This document shows, piece by piece, positions 51,410-64,000 of a DNA stretch of 64,000 bases (within the stretch, counting starts at the first letter, position 1; each line of letters begins with the position of its first letter). Under the pieces are notes generated by a model, which saw only the letters and a list, made by a program, of their open reading frames with translations, was not told where the DNA came from and did no database searches. Source of the stretch: Euprymna scolopes (taxonomy: Eukaryota); assembly GCA_053919585.1 (NCBI GenBank), contig CM132785.1. The stretch is one strand, 5' to 3'. A program made the translations under genes and the position numbers.

Positions 51410-54400
51410 TAGTCCTTGGGCGTGCCATTGTCCCAAATGCACTGCTTCCTGGAGAGTGCATCTCTTTCTGGCTGCAATCCGCTTAATATCCTTCTGCAAT
51501 GCCATTGCCTGCTAGCACGTATGCACACGGAAATCGCAGGCGTACACACCAACCAGCGGAAAACTCATTGAATTCCTTACTTGTAAATGCAGTGTCGTTG
51601 TCAGTTGCCAGTTCCTGCGGTGGACCACGCTAAAAAATTGCGACTCAAGATGCTGTATGATGTGTCAGGAGTCCTGCTGCGACAACATGCGTTAAATGGT
51701 AAAACGCGCTGGACCGCAAATCGGTGAGCGCCAGAAAGTTTTTGCCGTTAAAGTGTTATATGCATCCCCAAAGTTAAAGTGTGTTATATGCATCCCCAAA
51801 GTTAGCCAATTAGTTTGTACCGCCAATTTACCTGGTGTCCAATTACATTGGGACGGATCAATCGGCCGACATTCCTCGCATTCTACGATAGCTGACCTCA
51901 CGTCAGCTTAGGTAATTGTTGGCCAAACTCACCGAACGAAATGTGGTGTGAGTCAGGTGCCTGGATGTCCACTACTCTTATGAAGTGCAAGACTACTAGA
52001 CATTGGGTTACTCTTTGCAGCAATGGTCAAAGGTATAGGTTCATTCACGGAGTTCATCCTATTGAGCCACTTTTGTTGAACAAGTGTCATGGAGTCTTCC
52101 ATGTTCTTACTCGATGGGACCAGAGCACCGTCTATTGAAAATCCATACTCTTCCACCAGTGATTTTATCGTCCAATCTTCGTCGGATTAGCATTTCGCTG
52201 GTAGCCTATGTGCGTACTCTAGTTCTTCCAGTGAGCGTGCCACTAACCATTTCTGTTTTTAAGTATATAAATGTGCACTTCCAGTGTAATGCAAGGTTGA
52301 TGCTCTTCAACGCTCCATCATGTTCAGCCAAGTTAATATGCTGCACGCCGTATGTGGATCGCAGCCGACATTCACCTTCGAAAACAATAGTATCACGTTC
52401 CAGGAGCGCGCCGGTCACCAGAGGAGTTTCGTCTATCATACATTTGCGTTTTGTCTGTTTACAAACCATAGACCATGTGAGGGATCGCTCAGATTCACCC
52501 TGATTTTTTCCCGGAGCATTTGTTGAAGTGGAACATACTCTGTGGTGTTGTCCCATCCTTGGGTTACGGCGTGTGCTCGTCGATTTATGATTCATGTTGC
52601 TGTTCATAGCCACCTACACACTGGCAGATGCCCGATCAGTTTCCTGCACAGAGAGAAACTGGCTCGACGTGTCACAATCTCTGGAACATCTGGAATTATA
52701 CTACCATGCTTCCATCGTAGAGTCTACGCTTCCCCAGACGTTCAATCCAAGCACTCGTGCGCCATCTTCAAGCCGCTATTCTTCCTTGCTTTCCATTACC
52801 ACCCGAGGAAAATGTTGCTTACTCGTTCTGCAGGCGCCCCTATGCTGTTGATGTATAAACCATCTATATATGCCGATGTTACTTCTTGAACAGTTACATC
52901 TTAGGACAAAACATCCTCCAAAATTTCCTGCATAATGGATTGGGATCGGATAAACTCAAATCCGATCCTAGTAAGGCGGTATACCTCCCCCTGTACAACA
53001 ATTGTCGACAGCTGCTGCAACCCATTCGTTTTTTGCAACTGACATTGCTCGGCTGAGTATATTTCTATGATATGGTTGATATCAGCAGATGCACACGATG
53101 ATGAGTATTTCTCTTCTTCACCCTTTTTCTGAAACGAACAACACAAACTCTATCTAACCGACCGAAGCAAATGAAAACAATACTGCCCACATACACAAAA
53201 AAAAAATCCGACGTCTTTTATATCCACGAGGTCGCAAACTTATGCAAATTAGTACAAACCGGATTTCATGTAACATCACGCAGGCGCAGTGTGATCTGTG
53301 CATTATTCATGGCTCGTCATACATTGTCAACACAAAATTACATGAAAGGCTAGTTTATCAATTGAAAAAAATCATTCATGTTCCAGAATGGATAACCAAA
53401 AATAGAACTACACTGGTGCAAAGAACACAGAAACAGTTGCCATTTCCAGCAATTCCAGACCTATAACCTGTTTAACAATAATGGAAAAATACTTACTGTA
53501 TAACTGAGAGATCAAATTTATCAGTTCCTTTCACAACTGCTGACTACTCCCAGGGGGAACAGAAACAATTCCAAAAAGAGAAAAAGAGGAACACACGAGC
53601 AATTTTACACAGACCAAAGGGTTCTGAAGGAGGTCAAAAGTAGAAAAAACACCCTGCCTATTGCATGGATATACTATATAGAAGCATATAAATAAATGCC
53701 TCCGTGCATGGATAATAGAATGTCTGATAATTTCTAAAATACCAGATAATATAAACAGTCTTATAGAAAATGCAATGGGAACATAAATACTTGAATTCGC
53801 ATCAAATGGATAATACGTAACAGAAATCAAAATACAAAGAGGGAGAATCATTAATCATCATATGTACTGTTCTATTATAGTTATCATGCCCCTGAACAAC
53901 ATCATAAGAAAATGGCAAACCTTATAAAAAGGGCACTAACACATGAGTCAGAATGAACTACCTAATGTACATGGATGAACTAAAACAGATTAAGCAAATT
54001 ACAAGCACTTATAAACACGGCCAGAATCTTAATCCATTATGAAAGTCGCTATGGAAAATGAAACACTGCTTACCATGAGGGTAGGAAAACGAAAAAAACA
54101 AAAACAAGAAAAGATATAGTACCGTCCAATCAAACATAAATGAGGCCATTGGATGAACAGGATAGCTACAACTACTTTGAAAGCTGGAATCTAGCGACAC
54201 TAAAGCAGCAGAAATAAAAGAGAAAAAAGAAAAGATATACCGTAGAAGAACAAGAACACTCCTCGAACTGATATAAATAGTCAAAACTTGATTCAAGAAA
54301 TAAACGCATGCGCAGTGTCACTAATAAGATACTCTGCGCCGTTCATAAGCTGGAACAAAGTAGAACTAAGGAATCTACATCAGAGGACTAGGACATTCAA

Positions 54401-55030
54401 TAAGATACCCAATTCACTATAGATGAGGGGTGATACTGGCCTACTATATGTAAAAATGGAAAGACTGCTGGCCTGTGTAAAAACTGTTTAAGTAACTCAA
54501 AATAAGGATTAGAAAAACAAAATGCAGAACACCGAAAGAATAATTATTTCAGTAAGAGACGGAAGAAACAAAAATATACAAAAGCAGATGAAGAAAAAAT
54601 ACAAGCGGAACAGCCGCATAGACGATACATAAGGATGGCAAAACAGAAGAACACCGAAACCACTTGGAAATTACTACAAAAATCCAAACTTAACAGGAAA
54701 ACTTATTAACTAATGACAGATTCTCAAGATAACGCATTTAGAATAAACCTCATCCAAGCAAGGGTCGACAAGACATAAGAACACAGCAAATGCAGCCTCT
54801 TCGGATAAAGAAGCAAAGCAATAAACCACATAATAAGTGAATGCAGAAAACAAGCCTTAAAATATTAAAAAAAAACAGACACGGTCATATGGGAAAGGCA
54901 GCACAATTGCAATTATGTAAGCAATTGTATCTTGAACACATACAGTAATTGTACAAACAGAAACCGGCAGCAGTCCTGGAAAATGAAAGTCACAATATCG
55001 AATAAACCCATACAAACAAGAAGATTGGAT

Positions 55031-56802
55031 GTCAACAATCACGAGGTTGTCTCCTCAGCAACCGACAAGGCTAACATGCTTGCCAGTCGGTTTGCCTCAA
55101 ACTCCACACTGGACCCTTCAAACCACCCCCTACCTGACTTTCCTATGCGGACAGACGCCACACTAGACGATCTGAAAACCACCCCTGCTCAGGTGCATGC
55201 TATCATAAAAAACCTTGACACCTCAAAAGCATGTGGACCCGATCTTATCCCAGCTGTGCTATTAAAAAAGTGCTCAGCCGAAGTAGCTCCAGTTCTCTCC
55301 AAACTCTACAACAAATGTCTTAATGAAGCTTGCTTTCCGGGCTGTTAGAAATCTGCTTCTGTTGTACCAGTATTCAAGAATTCTGGCGAAAGGACAGACC
55401 CATCAAATTATCGCCCCATTAGCCTCCTCCCACTTTTTGCCAAAATATTTGAGACCATAATTAACCATGCTCTAGTCCATCATCTTACAGATGCAAAACT
55501 ACTGACTGACAAACAATATGGATTTAGACAAGCCCGTTCCACAGCAGACATCCTCACCGTGATCTCTGAACGTATATACCAATCATTGGACAAAACGGGG
55601 GAAGGCAGAGCGGTAGCTCTAGATATATCTAAGGCTTTTGACAGGGTATGGCATGAGGGTCTCCTCAGTAAAATCAGATCATACGGTATCACTGGTAGAA
55701 TACTTAACATAATTAAATCCTTCTTAGATAAGAGAAAAATCCAGGTAGTCCTCGACGGTCGCTCATCTAAACAATATGATATAAATGCGGGAATGCCCCA
55801 GGGTTCTATCCTTGGACCTCTATTGTTCCTGATATTCATAAATGACCTCCCCGACAACATTGCCTCTGAGATGGGTATATATGCTGATGACACTACGCTC
55901 TATGGCAGACACGACAGGAAGACGAATGAACACATTTCTAAAGAAATGGCAGAAACACTAGAGGAAGACCTCCAATCTGTAGTGGAATGGGGACAAAAGT
56001 GGTTGGTCGCGTTCAATGCTGCCAAGACTAAACTAGTTTCATTCAATAATTACAAGAAACCCTCTCTACCACCAATAGCAATGGCCAACGACCCTTTATC
56101 TGAGAGTCCATCTTTCAAACTCCTTGGCCTAACGTTCACAGGAAACATGAGTTGGAACAATTACATTGAAGGCATTGCCAGGGCCGCTGCAAGAAAGGTA
56201 GGCTCTCTCTACCGTGCTAGAAAACTACTAACACCCGAAAGTATTCTGTACCTCTATAAGGCCACCATTCGCCCATGTATGGAGTATTGCTGCCACATCT
56301 GGGCTGGTGCATCTGCTACTAGTCTCTCGCTCCTTGACAAGGTTCAAAAGAGAGTCGCAAATCTGATAGGCCCTGAACTGGCATCTAAGCTTCAGCCTCT
56401 GTCCCATCGACGAAATGTTGCATCCCTCTGCCTGTTCTACAAGTATTTTAGTGGTGAATGCTCTGATGAACTGCAATCACTTGTGCCCCCACGACGCGAG
56501 CACCCTCGACAAACCCGACAGGCTACTAGATCCCACCCCACACTGTAGAGGTCCCTAGATGTAAAAGATCTTTTTACTCCAATAGTTTCTTCCCCAGAAC
56601 CGCAAGACTCTGGAATTCCATTCCAGGTCCCTGCTTCCCCAACAGTACTGACGTGCAGAAGTTCAAGTGTAACGTGAACCGACACCTTGCTGCCCAAATC
56701 CCTACATAGTACCCCAGTAGTTGTTGCCCCTGATAGTAGCCCCCTACACCAAAGTGGCAATTTGCCTTGTTTGGGGTGAAAATGTAATAAAAAAAAAAAA
56801 AA
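55031..56802 (+). mobile_element. CR1-clade LINE family B, 5'-truncated, relatively young
   Basis: RT with [32 protein letters not shown] and YADD; only one stop (55346-55348) and one frameshift (~56540); poly(A) tail. Confidence 0.96.
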
Positions 56803-57489
56803 TAATAATAATAGTCCACAAGAAGGAAAAGTCTTGCCGGATTGAAGATTTTGCCCTTCCTGACAGACCACAGAATGCAGATCAAGAAATAAATCGCGGA
56901 GTCAATATACGGAACTGGCCAGAAAGATCAAAGCAAATTGGAAAATAAAGAAAGTAAAGATTACATGGCTAATATTAGAACACTATGTACGATAGCAAAA
57001 AAAAAAAAATAGAATGAGAAAGATTGGAGTCGAAGGGATTACAGAAGAGATATAACAAATCGTAAAATTGAAAACTGCAGAAATACTAAGGAAAACCCTG
57101 GAATGTAGAGAAAACACGCCATACATATACTACACACAAACAGGATACATAAACGACTACAGATGCAAAAAAAAAAAAAAAAAAAAATAGGAGCAATACA
57201 AAAAGTAATAAAAAAAACAGAACTGCATAACTATAAGATACCGTGTTTTCTCTTTTTTTTTAATGTCATCATAAGCGGGTACTACTCCAAATAATAAGGA
57301 TCAAGGATGATTTAAAGACCGAATATAGAAAACACTAACCAGACTTCCGCTGGATGAGATAGGGGACTGGAGCCTTAGGGATGCTTATTACCACCCAACT
57401 CCGTGAAGGCCAATGGTCGTCGCCACCAATAATTCAAGAGTAAGCAGCTGTTGCAAGAACGCAACTTCTTTTAAAAAGTTTTTTGAAAG

Positions 57490-57605
57490 GTCGAGAGTAC
57501 TGGTGCTCTGGGAAGACTTGTTGTCACTCATACTCAAGAGAACACCAAACGTTTTTTCTCAAAGAGCAATCTTAGATGATAGTTTGTTACTACGCCTAGT
57601 GAGTA

Positions 57606-57660
<55 letters not shown>
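57490..57660 (+). mobile_element. Probable R4/Dong 3' end with (TAA)n tail
   Basis: GAGAGTACTGG...GAAGACTTGTTGTCACTCA...GAGTAA(ATA)n. Dong-type elements end in or target TAA repeats. Confidence 0.5.
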
Positions 57661-58429
57661 TACACGATTTCGTGTTATATCTTCACCCTCTGAAGTGAGG
57701 AGATTTATTTTCAGGTTATTCTCTCTCAACCCTTATTCAATATCAATAGCTTCGAAGATTAAGAGACTATGTAGTCCCAACAATAACGGATGTCTAATTA
57801 AGTCCGAACGCTTCATGGATGTTTTTTCAAATATCATTCAAGCTGATTTGATATCACACTTACTGTCACCATAGTTACTTGGGTATTAACCACATGAAAA
57901 TACCTTACATCATAGATCAACAAAGTGCAAAGGACACCCTTCTCGTTTCTATTCTATGACGACATTGAAAAAGTATACGATTTGCAATCTCTTTTAAACC
58001 TTGTGAATGAATATATATTATTTGTAATTGCTTATTCTCAGAAGACATTTCTCGCATCATACGCGACATCATCATTCTCTTTTTTCTTACATATTAAATC
58101 AGTTACCTCCTACAAAATTTTTATGCATATTTTCTTCATAGAATTTTCCAGTAAATACAAATTTCCACATGGCAATGCTTTCTGCAGTAATCCTTCTGAT
58201 CCACTTCGTTACACACTGTTTCAAGGTACGGAACTGACTAAAAATGTTTCAGGTTTCAGTAGTAATAAAGCTGAAAATAAATTAGATGTAAAATTGAATA
58301 GAAAAAATGATATGAACAAAACTAAAATTAAATAAATAAAATAAAAATAACGGCAAATTTAAAGTAAACATTAAAATTAAACATTAAATATAATGTTACC
58401 AATAGTTATGATAAAATTAAATTAAAAAT

Positions 58430-59360
58430 CAGACACTGGGTGGAACCAACAACTGTAGGAGAATTGTCAGCTTTAACTTTATTATAAATAAAATTATTAA
58501 CCAATATTTCCGGATAATCACGGTGAATAAACATATCTTTAATCTTCTTTAATTCACAATCCAGTTTACTAGAAGAACAGATTCTAAGGGCTCTATACAC
58601 TAATGCCTGTATGAGCCCTATTTTTCTTGAACTGAGGGGGAATGAGAGCCAATTCGTGTAGAGGCCGGTAAATGTCGGATTACGATAAATAGTCGTAAGA
58701 AAAGAGTTCTTACCACGTTCAATTTAAACATCAAGAAAGGGCAAGCAACCGTCATACCCATCCTCGATAGTAAATGTTAATGATTTATGGAGGGAATTTT
58801 GTTTATAGAAGAAAGATAATTCATCATTTTCTGCTGCAAAAGCTGCAAAGGTGTCGTAGACGTATATAAAGTATATCGATGGTTTCGATATACTGTTAAA
58901 TAGTGCAGACTCATAATATCCCACAGAAATGTCGGCTAAGTCCGGGTCCAGGGGACTTCCCATCTGAACCCCATCAATCTGACTATCCATGATATTATCA
59001 AAGCTGAATTCTACAGCTTTAGTACAGATTAATAGGAGTTCAACAAATATATCTCTAGGGATGGGTGGGGGTTGGGGGGTAAAATCCCTGTTGTAAAGGG
59101 AATCAGCACAAATATCTCTAGTCTCTTGTAGCGGGCATTAGTAAATTAACCAGATACGTTGAAAGAACACATTAAGTGGTTGTCAACACCGGGTTTCAAT
59201 TCGTGTAAGTAATCAACTACTCTACATGAGTTACTAATACAATGTTTGTGTATAGAGCCTGAACCGGTTTTATAATCTTTAAAAGCTGGGAAGACCCCGC
59301 CCTAGACATAACAGGTATAAGCTAAGCGGAACAGCTTTTTTGTGGATTTTAGGCATGTAT
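58430..59360 (-). mobile_element. Penelope/Poseidon-type PLE RT fragment, decayed
   Basis: QIDGVQMGSPL, YVYDTF (YVDD-like), LTFTIE...LPFLDV, YRNPTFTGLY, LVYRALRICS...DYPE. Confidence 0.88.
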
Positions 59361-59430
59361 AAATACTGATTTTTTTAAAATTATTTTTAGTTTATATATA
59401 TATCATAATTAATATATATACATACACACA

Positions 59431-59487
<57 letters not shown>

Positions 59488-59605
59488 CTACTTCATTTAT
59501 TCACATAAATCTAATATACGAAAGTATAGATTTATGCGTCAACTTTAAGTATTTACTTAAAAAGTGTTCAAGCTAGTTAGTAATTTATAAAATATATATG
59601 GCGAT

Positions 59606-59659
59606 TAAGCTACACTGAATATTCTGCGTTTCATCCAACTATAGGATTCTTCAGGCTTA
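59606..59659 (-). ncRNA. Type I hammerhead ribozyme, intact core
   Basis: TAAGC-CTGAAGA-ATCC tatagtt GGAT-GAAA-CGCAGAATATTCAGTG-TA-GCTTA. Confidence 0.82.
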
Positions 59660-60087
59660 TTCGCTAGTGTTGTTTTTATACGGTGTTTTTTTTTATTTAT
59701 AATGTGCTTTTGGGGTCATAGTATCGGGTTTTGAAATCTAAGGAAGTCATGCCTATGTAATATTTTTTTGTTATTCGGGTTTTCTTTCGCAAATATTGTT
59801 GCTTGATAAACTATGCTTTTTGTTAGACATTTATTTTGGACTGGGCAAATGCAGACATTTAGATGGCCCATGTAAATTATGTCTCCATGAAAAATTTTCT
59901 ATCCTGTACTTTAAAGAACCTCAAAATCAATTAAACTCTAGGCGGGAAATAGCAAACAACTGTGTTCATAAAATAAAACTTTTTCTAGGATAGCGATACA
60001 AAATAGCTTTAAAAATAAAAATAACAATAGAAAACAAACAAATAAATAAATTAAATAAACATTAATATACATAAACGACCACACACA

Positions 60088-60118
<31 letters not shown>

Positions 60119-60333
60119 GCATGTATGTGGGTATACATAGGTATATTTATATGTATAAAAAAGGAGAACATCTACCTAAAACCACTAACCTAGTTCTAAA
60201 ACAGATCCTTTGTTTCATAAAATGCATACACCTTGGCTGATAGGAAGGGGCACGGTGGATACTAGAAAGCTGATTGGCCAACTATTAATCCTCAACATAT
60301 ATAAAAACAAGAAGCAACCACAGAATTCGCGCA

Positions 60334-60387
60334 TAAGCCTGAAGAATCCTAATGTTGGATGAAACGCAGAATATTCAGTGTAGCTTA
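60334..60387 (+). ncRNA. Type I hammerhead ribozyme, intact core
   Basis: TAAGC-CTGAAGA-ATCC taatgtt GGAT-GAAA-CGCAGAATATTCAGTG-TA-GCTTA. Confidence 0.82.
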
Positions 60388-60410
60388 ATCGCCATATATA
60401 TTTTATAAAT

Positions 60411-60413
<3 letters not shown>

Positions 60414-60475
<62 letters not shown>

Positions 60476-61051
60476 TATGTGTGCAATACATATATGAATG
60501 TTTCTATGATATATTTATGTGTGGATGTATATATGCACATTTCCGTCCATGTAATGCATAATTATGTTGATGTGCACATCTTTGTACTGCCGTACATGCT
60601 CTCTCATTTTTATTTATGCTTATATATTTGTATGTGTATGTATATGGATATTTATGTGTATGTGTATTTATATGTAATATATATTTTATATGTATGTATA
60701 TGTATATTTATACATATACATAATATAATGTTTATATGTATGCGATTGTATGCATATATGGTGTGCGTGTACTTGCGCGCATATGGATATATATTCGTGT
60801 GGGTGTAAATATGAATACATGGATCTGAACATGTCTGTGTATGCATATGCATGTGTACGGTATGTATGCGTGTGTGTGCGTGCATGCGTACATATCTGTT
60901 TATGCATATAATCATTTATATATAATATGTGTGCATGGGGAATGCATATATTATATATGTATGGTCGTTGTATGTGACTACCTATAGGTGTGTATGCGTA
61001 TATAACGGGGTTTATTGTGTATGCATATATATTTGTACCTTTATGCACATA
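60414..61051. repeat. (TA)n and degenerate (TATG/TGTA)n low-complexity tract
   Basis: Direct reading. Confidence 0.85.
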
Positions 61052-61547
61052 NNNNNNNNNNNNNNNNNNNNNNNNNNNNNNNNNNNNNNNNNNNNNNNNN
61101 NNNNNNNNNNNNNNNNNNNNNNNNNNNNNNNNNNNNNNNNNNNNNNNNNNNNNNNNNNNNNNNNNNNNNNNNNNNNNNNNNNNNNNNNTTATCAATACAC
61201 TCAGAGTGAATTTTGAGCCAAGAGCACATACATTTAAATACTAGCTCTGGTATTTTCCTCGGAATATGTATGAGAATTTTTCGGCACTGAGATAATTTTC
61301 ATTCGGGAACGTTACTGTTTTTATNNNNNNNNNNNNNNNNNNNNNNNNNNNNNNNNNNNNNNNNNNNNNNNNNNNNNNNNNNNNNNNNNNNNNNNNNNNN
61401 NNNNNNNNNNNNNNNNNNNNNNNNNNNNNNNNNNNNNNNNNNNNNNNNNNNNNNNNNNNNNNNCTGAGTTCCTTCTCTGTAGAGGGGAGGGCAGAAATTA
61501 CTTCCAATTAAAAAGCAGACATTGCCTCTAACTCGGCCATCTTTGGG

Positions 61548-61603
<56 letters not shown>

Positions 61604-61629
61604 GTGAAACTGTCACATTTGTTATTAAT

Positions 61630-64000
61630 ACTTTTTTTTTAATTACATATTCACCCCAAACAAGGCACATTTCCACTTTGGTATAGGGGGCTACTATCAG
61701 GGCAACAACTACTGGAGTAATATGTAGGGATTTGGGCAGAAAGATGTTGGTTCACGTTGCACTTTCACTTCTGCACGGCAGTACAGTTGGGGAAGCAGGG
61801 ACCTGGAATGGACTTCCAAAGTCTAGCGGTTCTGGGTAGAAACTACTGGAGTAGAAAGATCTTTTACATCTAGGGATCTACAGTGTGGAGGTGGGATTTA
61901 GAAGTCTATCGGGTTTGTCGAGGTTGTTCAGGTCGATGGGGCAGAAGTGCTTGCAGTTCATCAGAGCATTCACCATTAAAATACTTTTAGAACTGGCAGA
62001 AGGATGCAACGTTTCGTCGATGGGACAGACGCTGAAGCTTAGATGCCAGTTCAGGGCCTTTCAGATTGGCGAGTCTCTTTTGAACCTTGTCAAGGAGCGA
62101 GAGACTAGTAGCAGATGCACCAGCCCAAATATGACAGCAGTACTCCATACATGGGCGAATGGTGGCCTTATAGAGGTACAAGATACTTTCGAGTGTTACT
62201 AGTTTTCGAGCACGGTAGTGAAATCCCACCTTCCTTGCAGCGGCCCTGGCGATGCCTTCAATATAATTGTTCCAACTGATGTTTCCTATTAACGTTAGGC
62301 CAAGGAGTTTGAAAGATGTACGCTTAGATAAAGAGTCGTTGTCCATTCCTATAGGTGGTAGAGAAGGTTTCTTGGAACTATTGAATAAAACTTGTTTAGT
62401 CTTGGCGGCATTGAACGTTACCATCCATTTTTGTCCCCATTCAACTACATATCGTAGGCCATCCTCTAGTGTTTCTGCCATTTCTTTAGATATTTGTTTT
62501 CCTGTCGTGCCTGTTATAGAGTGTGGTGTCATCAGCATATATACACATCTCACAGACAATTTTGTCGGGGAGGTCATTTATGAATATCAGGAACAGCAGA
62601 GGTCCAAGGATAGATCCCCGGTGAACTCCCGCATATATATCATATTGTTTCGATGTACGACCGTCGAGGACAACCTGGATTTTTCTCTTATCCAAGAAGG
62701 ATTTAATTATGTTAAGTATTCTACCAGTGATACCGTATGATCTAATTTTTGTGAGGAGACCCTCATATCATACCTATTCAAAAGCCTTAGATATATCTAG
62801 AGCTACTGCTCTGCCCTCGCCCGCTTTGTCCAGTGAATGGTATATACGTTAAGAGATTACAGTTAGGATGTTTGTAAGGTGATGAATTAGAGCATGGTTA
62901 ATTAAGGTCTCAAATATTTTGGCAAAAAGTGGGAGGAGGCTAATAGGGCGATAATTTAATGGGTCAGTTCTTTCACCAGGATTCAGCAGTTTTCCAACAG
63001 ACCGGAAAGCAAGCTTCATTAAGGCATTTTTGTAGAGTTTGGAGAGAACTGGAGCTACTTCGACTGAACATCTGTTTAATAGCACAGCTGGGATGAGATC
63101 GCTCACATGCGTTTGAAGTGTCAAGGTTATTTATGATAGCATGAATTTGACCAGGGGTGATTTACAGATCGTCTTGCGAGGCGTATGTCTGCATAGGAAA
63201 TTCAGAAATTTGGAGGGGCCCAATGTGGAGTTGGAGGCAAACCGACTGGAATGCATATTAGCCTTGTCGGTTGCTTAGCAAACAATCTCGTTATTTTTTG
63301 GTTAGTGGAGGAATTGTTGATTTTCCAGAATTCACAAGTTCCTAGTTTTTATGCTTCAATACGTTTTTAAGTGGTTTCGGTAAATTCTCTCTAAGCTGTC
63401 GCTATTTATTTCTTAACATTACTTCTCTCTGTTTGAACTGGACTTATTACGGTTAAGTCTACGGTATGCATGCTGCCTTTGAGCAATGGCAGTAGAGCAA
63501 GTTGAAGTAAACCATTGGGGAGAGTGGCGCTTGCTATAAAATGTCCGTATGGGGTCATGTGCTTCGATGGCAGGTTTGAACCATTCGGTTGTCTCGTTTG
63601 TGTACTGTTCAGCAGGAAGAGAAAATATTTCCCCATGGGGACTCTGTGATAAGATATCTGATGGATTCCCTGTCAGCTTTGTTATAATATCTTGTATTTT
63701 TGATTACTAACTCTTCAGTTTTGTCTCTAGTGTTTAGGACGATTTCAACAATTATCACTGAATGATCAGCGTTTCCCAGTGGGCTGTCGGGATTAGGTAT
63801 ACAATCATCGGGAACTCTGATCAAAAATAGATCTAGAAGTGATGCATACTGTTCGTACTGGTCAGGAAAACGGGTTGGAAACGTAACAATTTGTGATAGG
63901 GAGTGAGATATAGAGAAACTATAAGTTGTGCTGCCCGCTGCATGTCTAAGTAGAGAATCCAAGCCAGTTTTTGTGGTGGACATTAAGTCACCAAATAAAT
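61630..64000 (-). mobile_element. CR1-clade LINE family B, long decayed copy including APE endonuclease end
   Basis: TFPTRFPD...LLDLFL...PLGNADH (APE), YRPISLL, GSILGPLLFLIFINDL, YADD, RPCMEYCCHIW; continues past the window edge. Confidence 0.94.

Larger units (their letters stand above)
47243..53323 (-). mobile_element. Gypsy/Ty3-type LTR retrotransposon, internally deleted
   Basis: Diverged LTRs ~47243-47467 and ~53099-53323 (TG...CA; left edges approximate); PPT GGTGGGGGAGGAGGGTAGA next to the 3' LTR; RT remnant YRLTRIGF and SAYIDG; integrase HKSSGHPG...CEEC, TDNDTAFTS, GNGIAE. gag/PR and PBS absent; no TSD seen. Confidence 0.85.
47040..57120 (+). mobile_element. R4/Dong-like RLE retrotransposon interrupted by Gypsy (+pogo) and CR1
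   Basis: Segments ~47040-47210 (weak), 53324-55030 and 56803-57120. Peptides PEWITKNRTTLVQ, RPITCL, EQK, AWIYYIEAY, YMDELK, KCSLFG...NHIISEC, and RRLD|IIVHKKEKSCRIEDFALP split by the CR1. Confidence 0.75.
59578..60415. mobile_element. Head-to-head inverted PLE remnant (second GIY-YIG family) with two HHR-bearing 3' ends
   Basis: Minus arm CPVQNKCLTKSIVYQATI...YIGMTSLDFKTRY...KTTLAN; plus arm CKLCLHEK...LNSRREIANNCVHK. 59578-59660 is an inverted copy of 60333-60415. Confidence 0.85.

Noticed and set aside
51747-51800. 26/28-bp tandem duplication in the Gypsy integrase
   Set aside because: Real, but best explained as ordinary decay of a dead element.
1-64000. Species assignment
   Set aside because: The TE content indicates an invertebrate animal but is not diagnostic without a database search.

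Overview
AT-rich invertebrate-type eukaryotic DNA with assembly gaps and many microsatellites. I can support no host protein-coding gene; there is only one candidate micro-exon at 92-140. Most recognisable sequence is transposon-derived: nine CR1-clade LINE copies from two families, three decayed mariners, a pogo-type DNA transposon nested in a deleted Gypsy element that sits in an R4/Dong-like LINE, several Penelope-like elements (PLEs, one near full length at 31.2-35.8 kb), and foldback, Kolobok-like and Helitron-like non-autonomous elements at 1-5 kb. The main signal not shown by the ORF track is 13 type I hammerhead ribozyme (HHR) motifs, about half with intact cores. Some lie in PLE pseudo-LTRs. 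Three lie in 250-300 bp non-coding units that join a tRNA-like Pol III promoter to an HHR. One of these looks like the monomer of a collapsed 300-bp tandem array, one sits between two (TA)n tracts, and one is split by an inversion. They look like a retrozyme/SINE-like RNA family mobilised by PLEs. All alignments and folds were done by eye.
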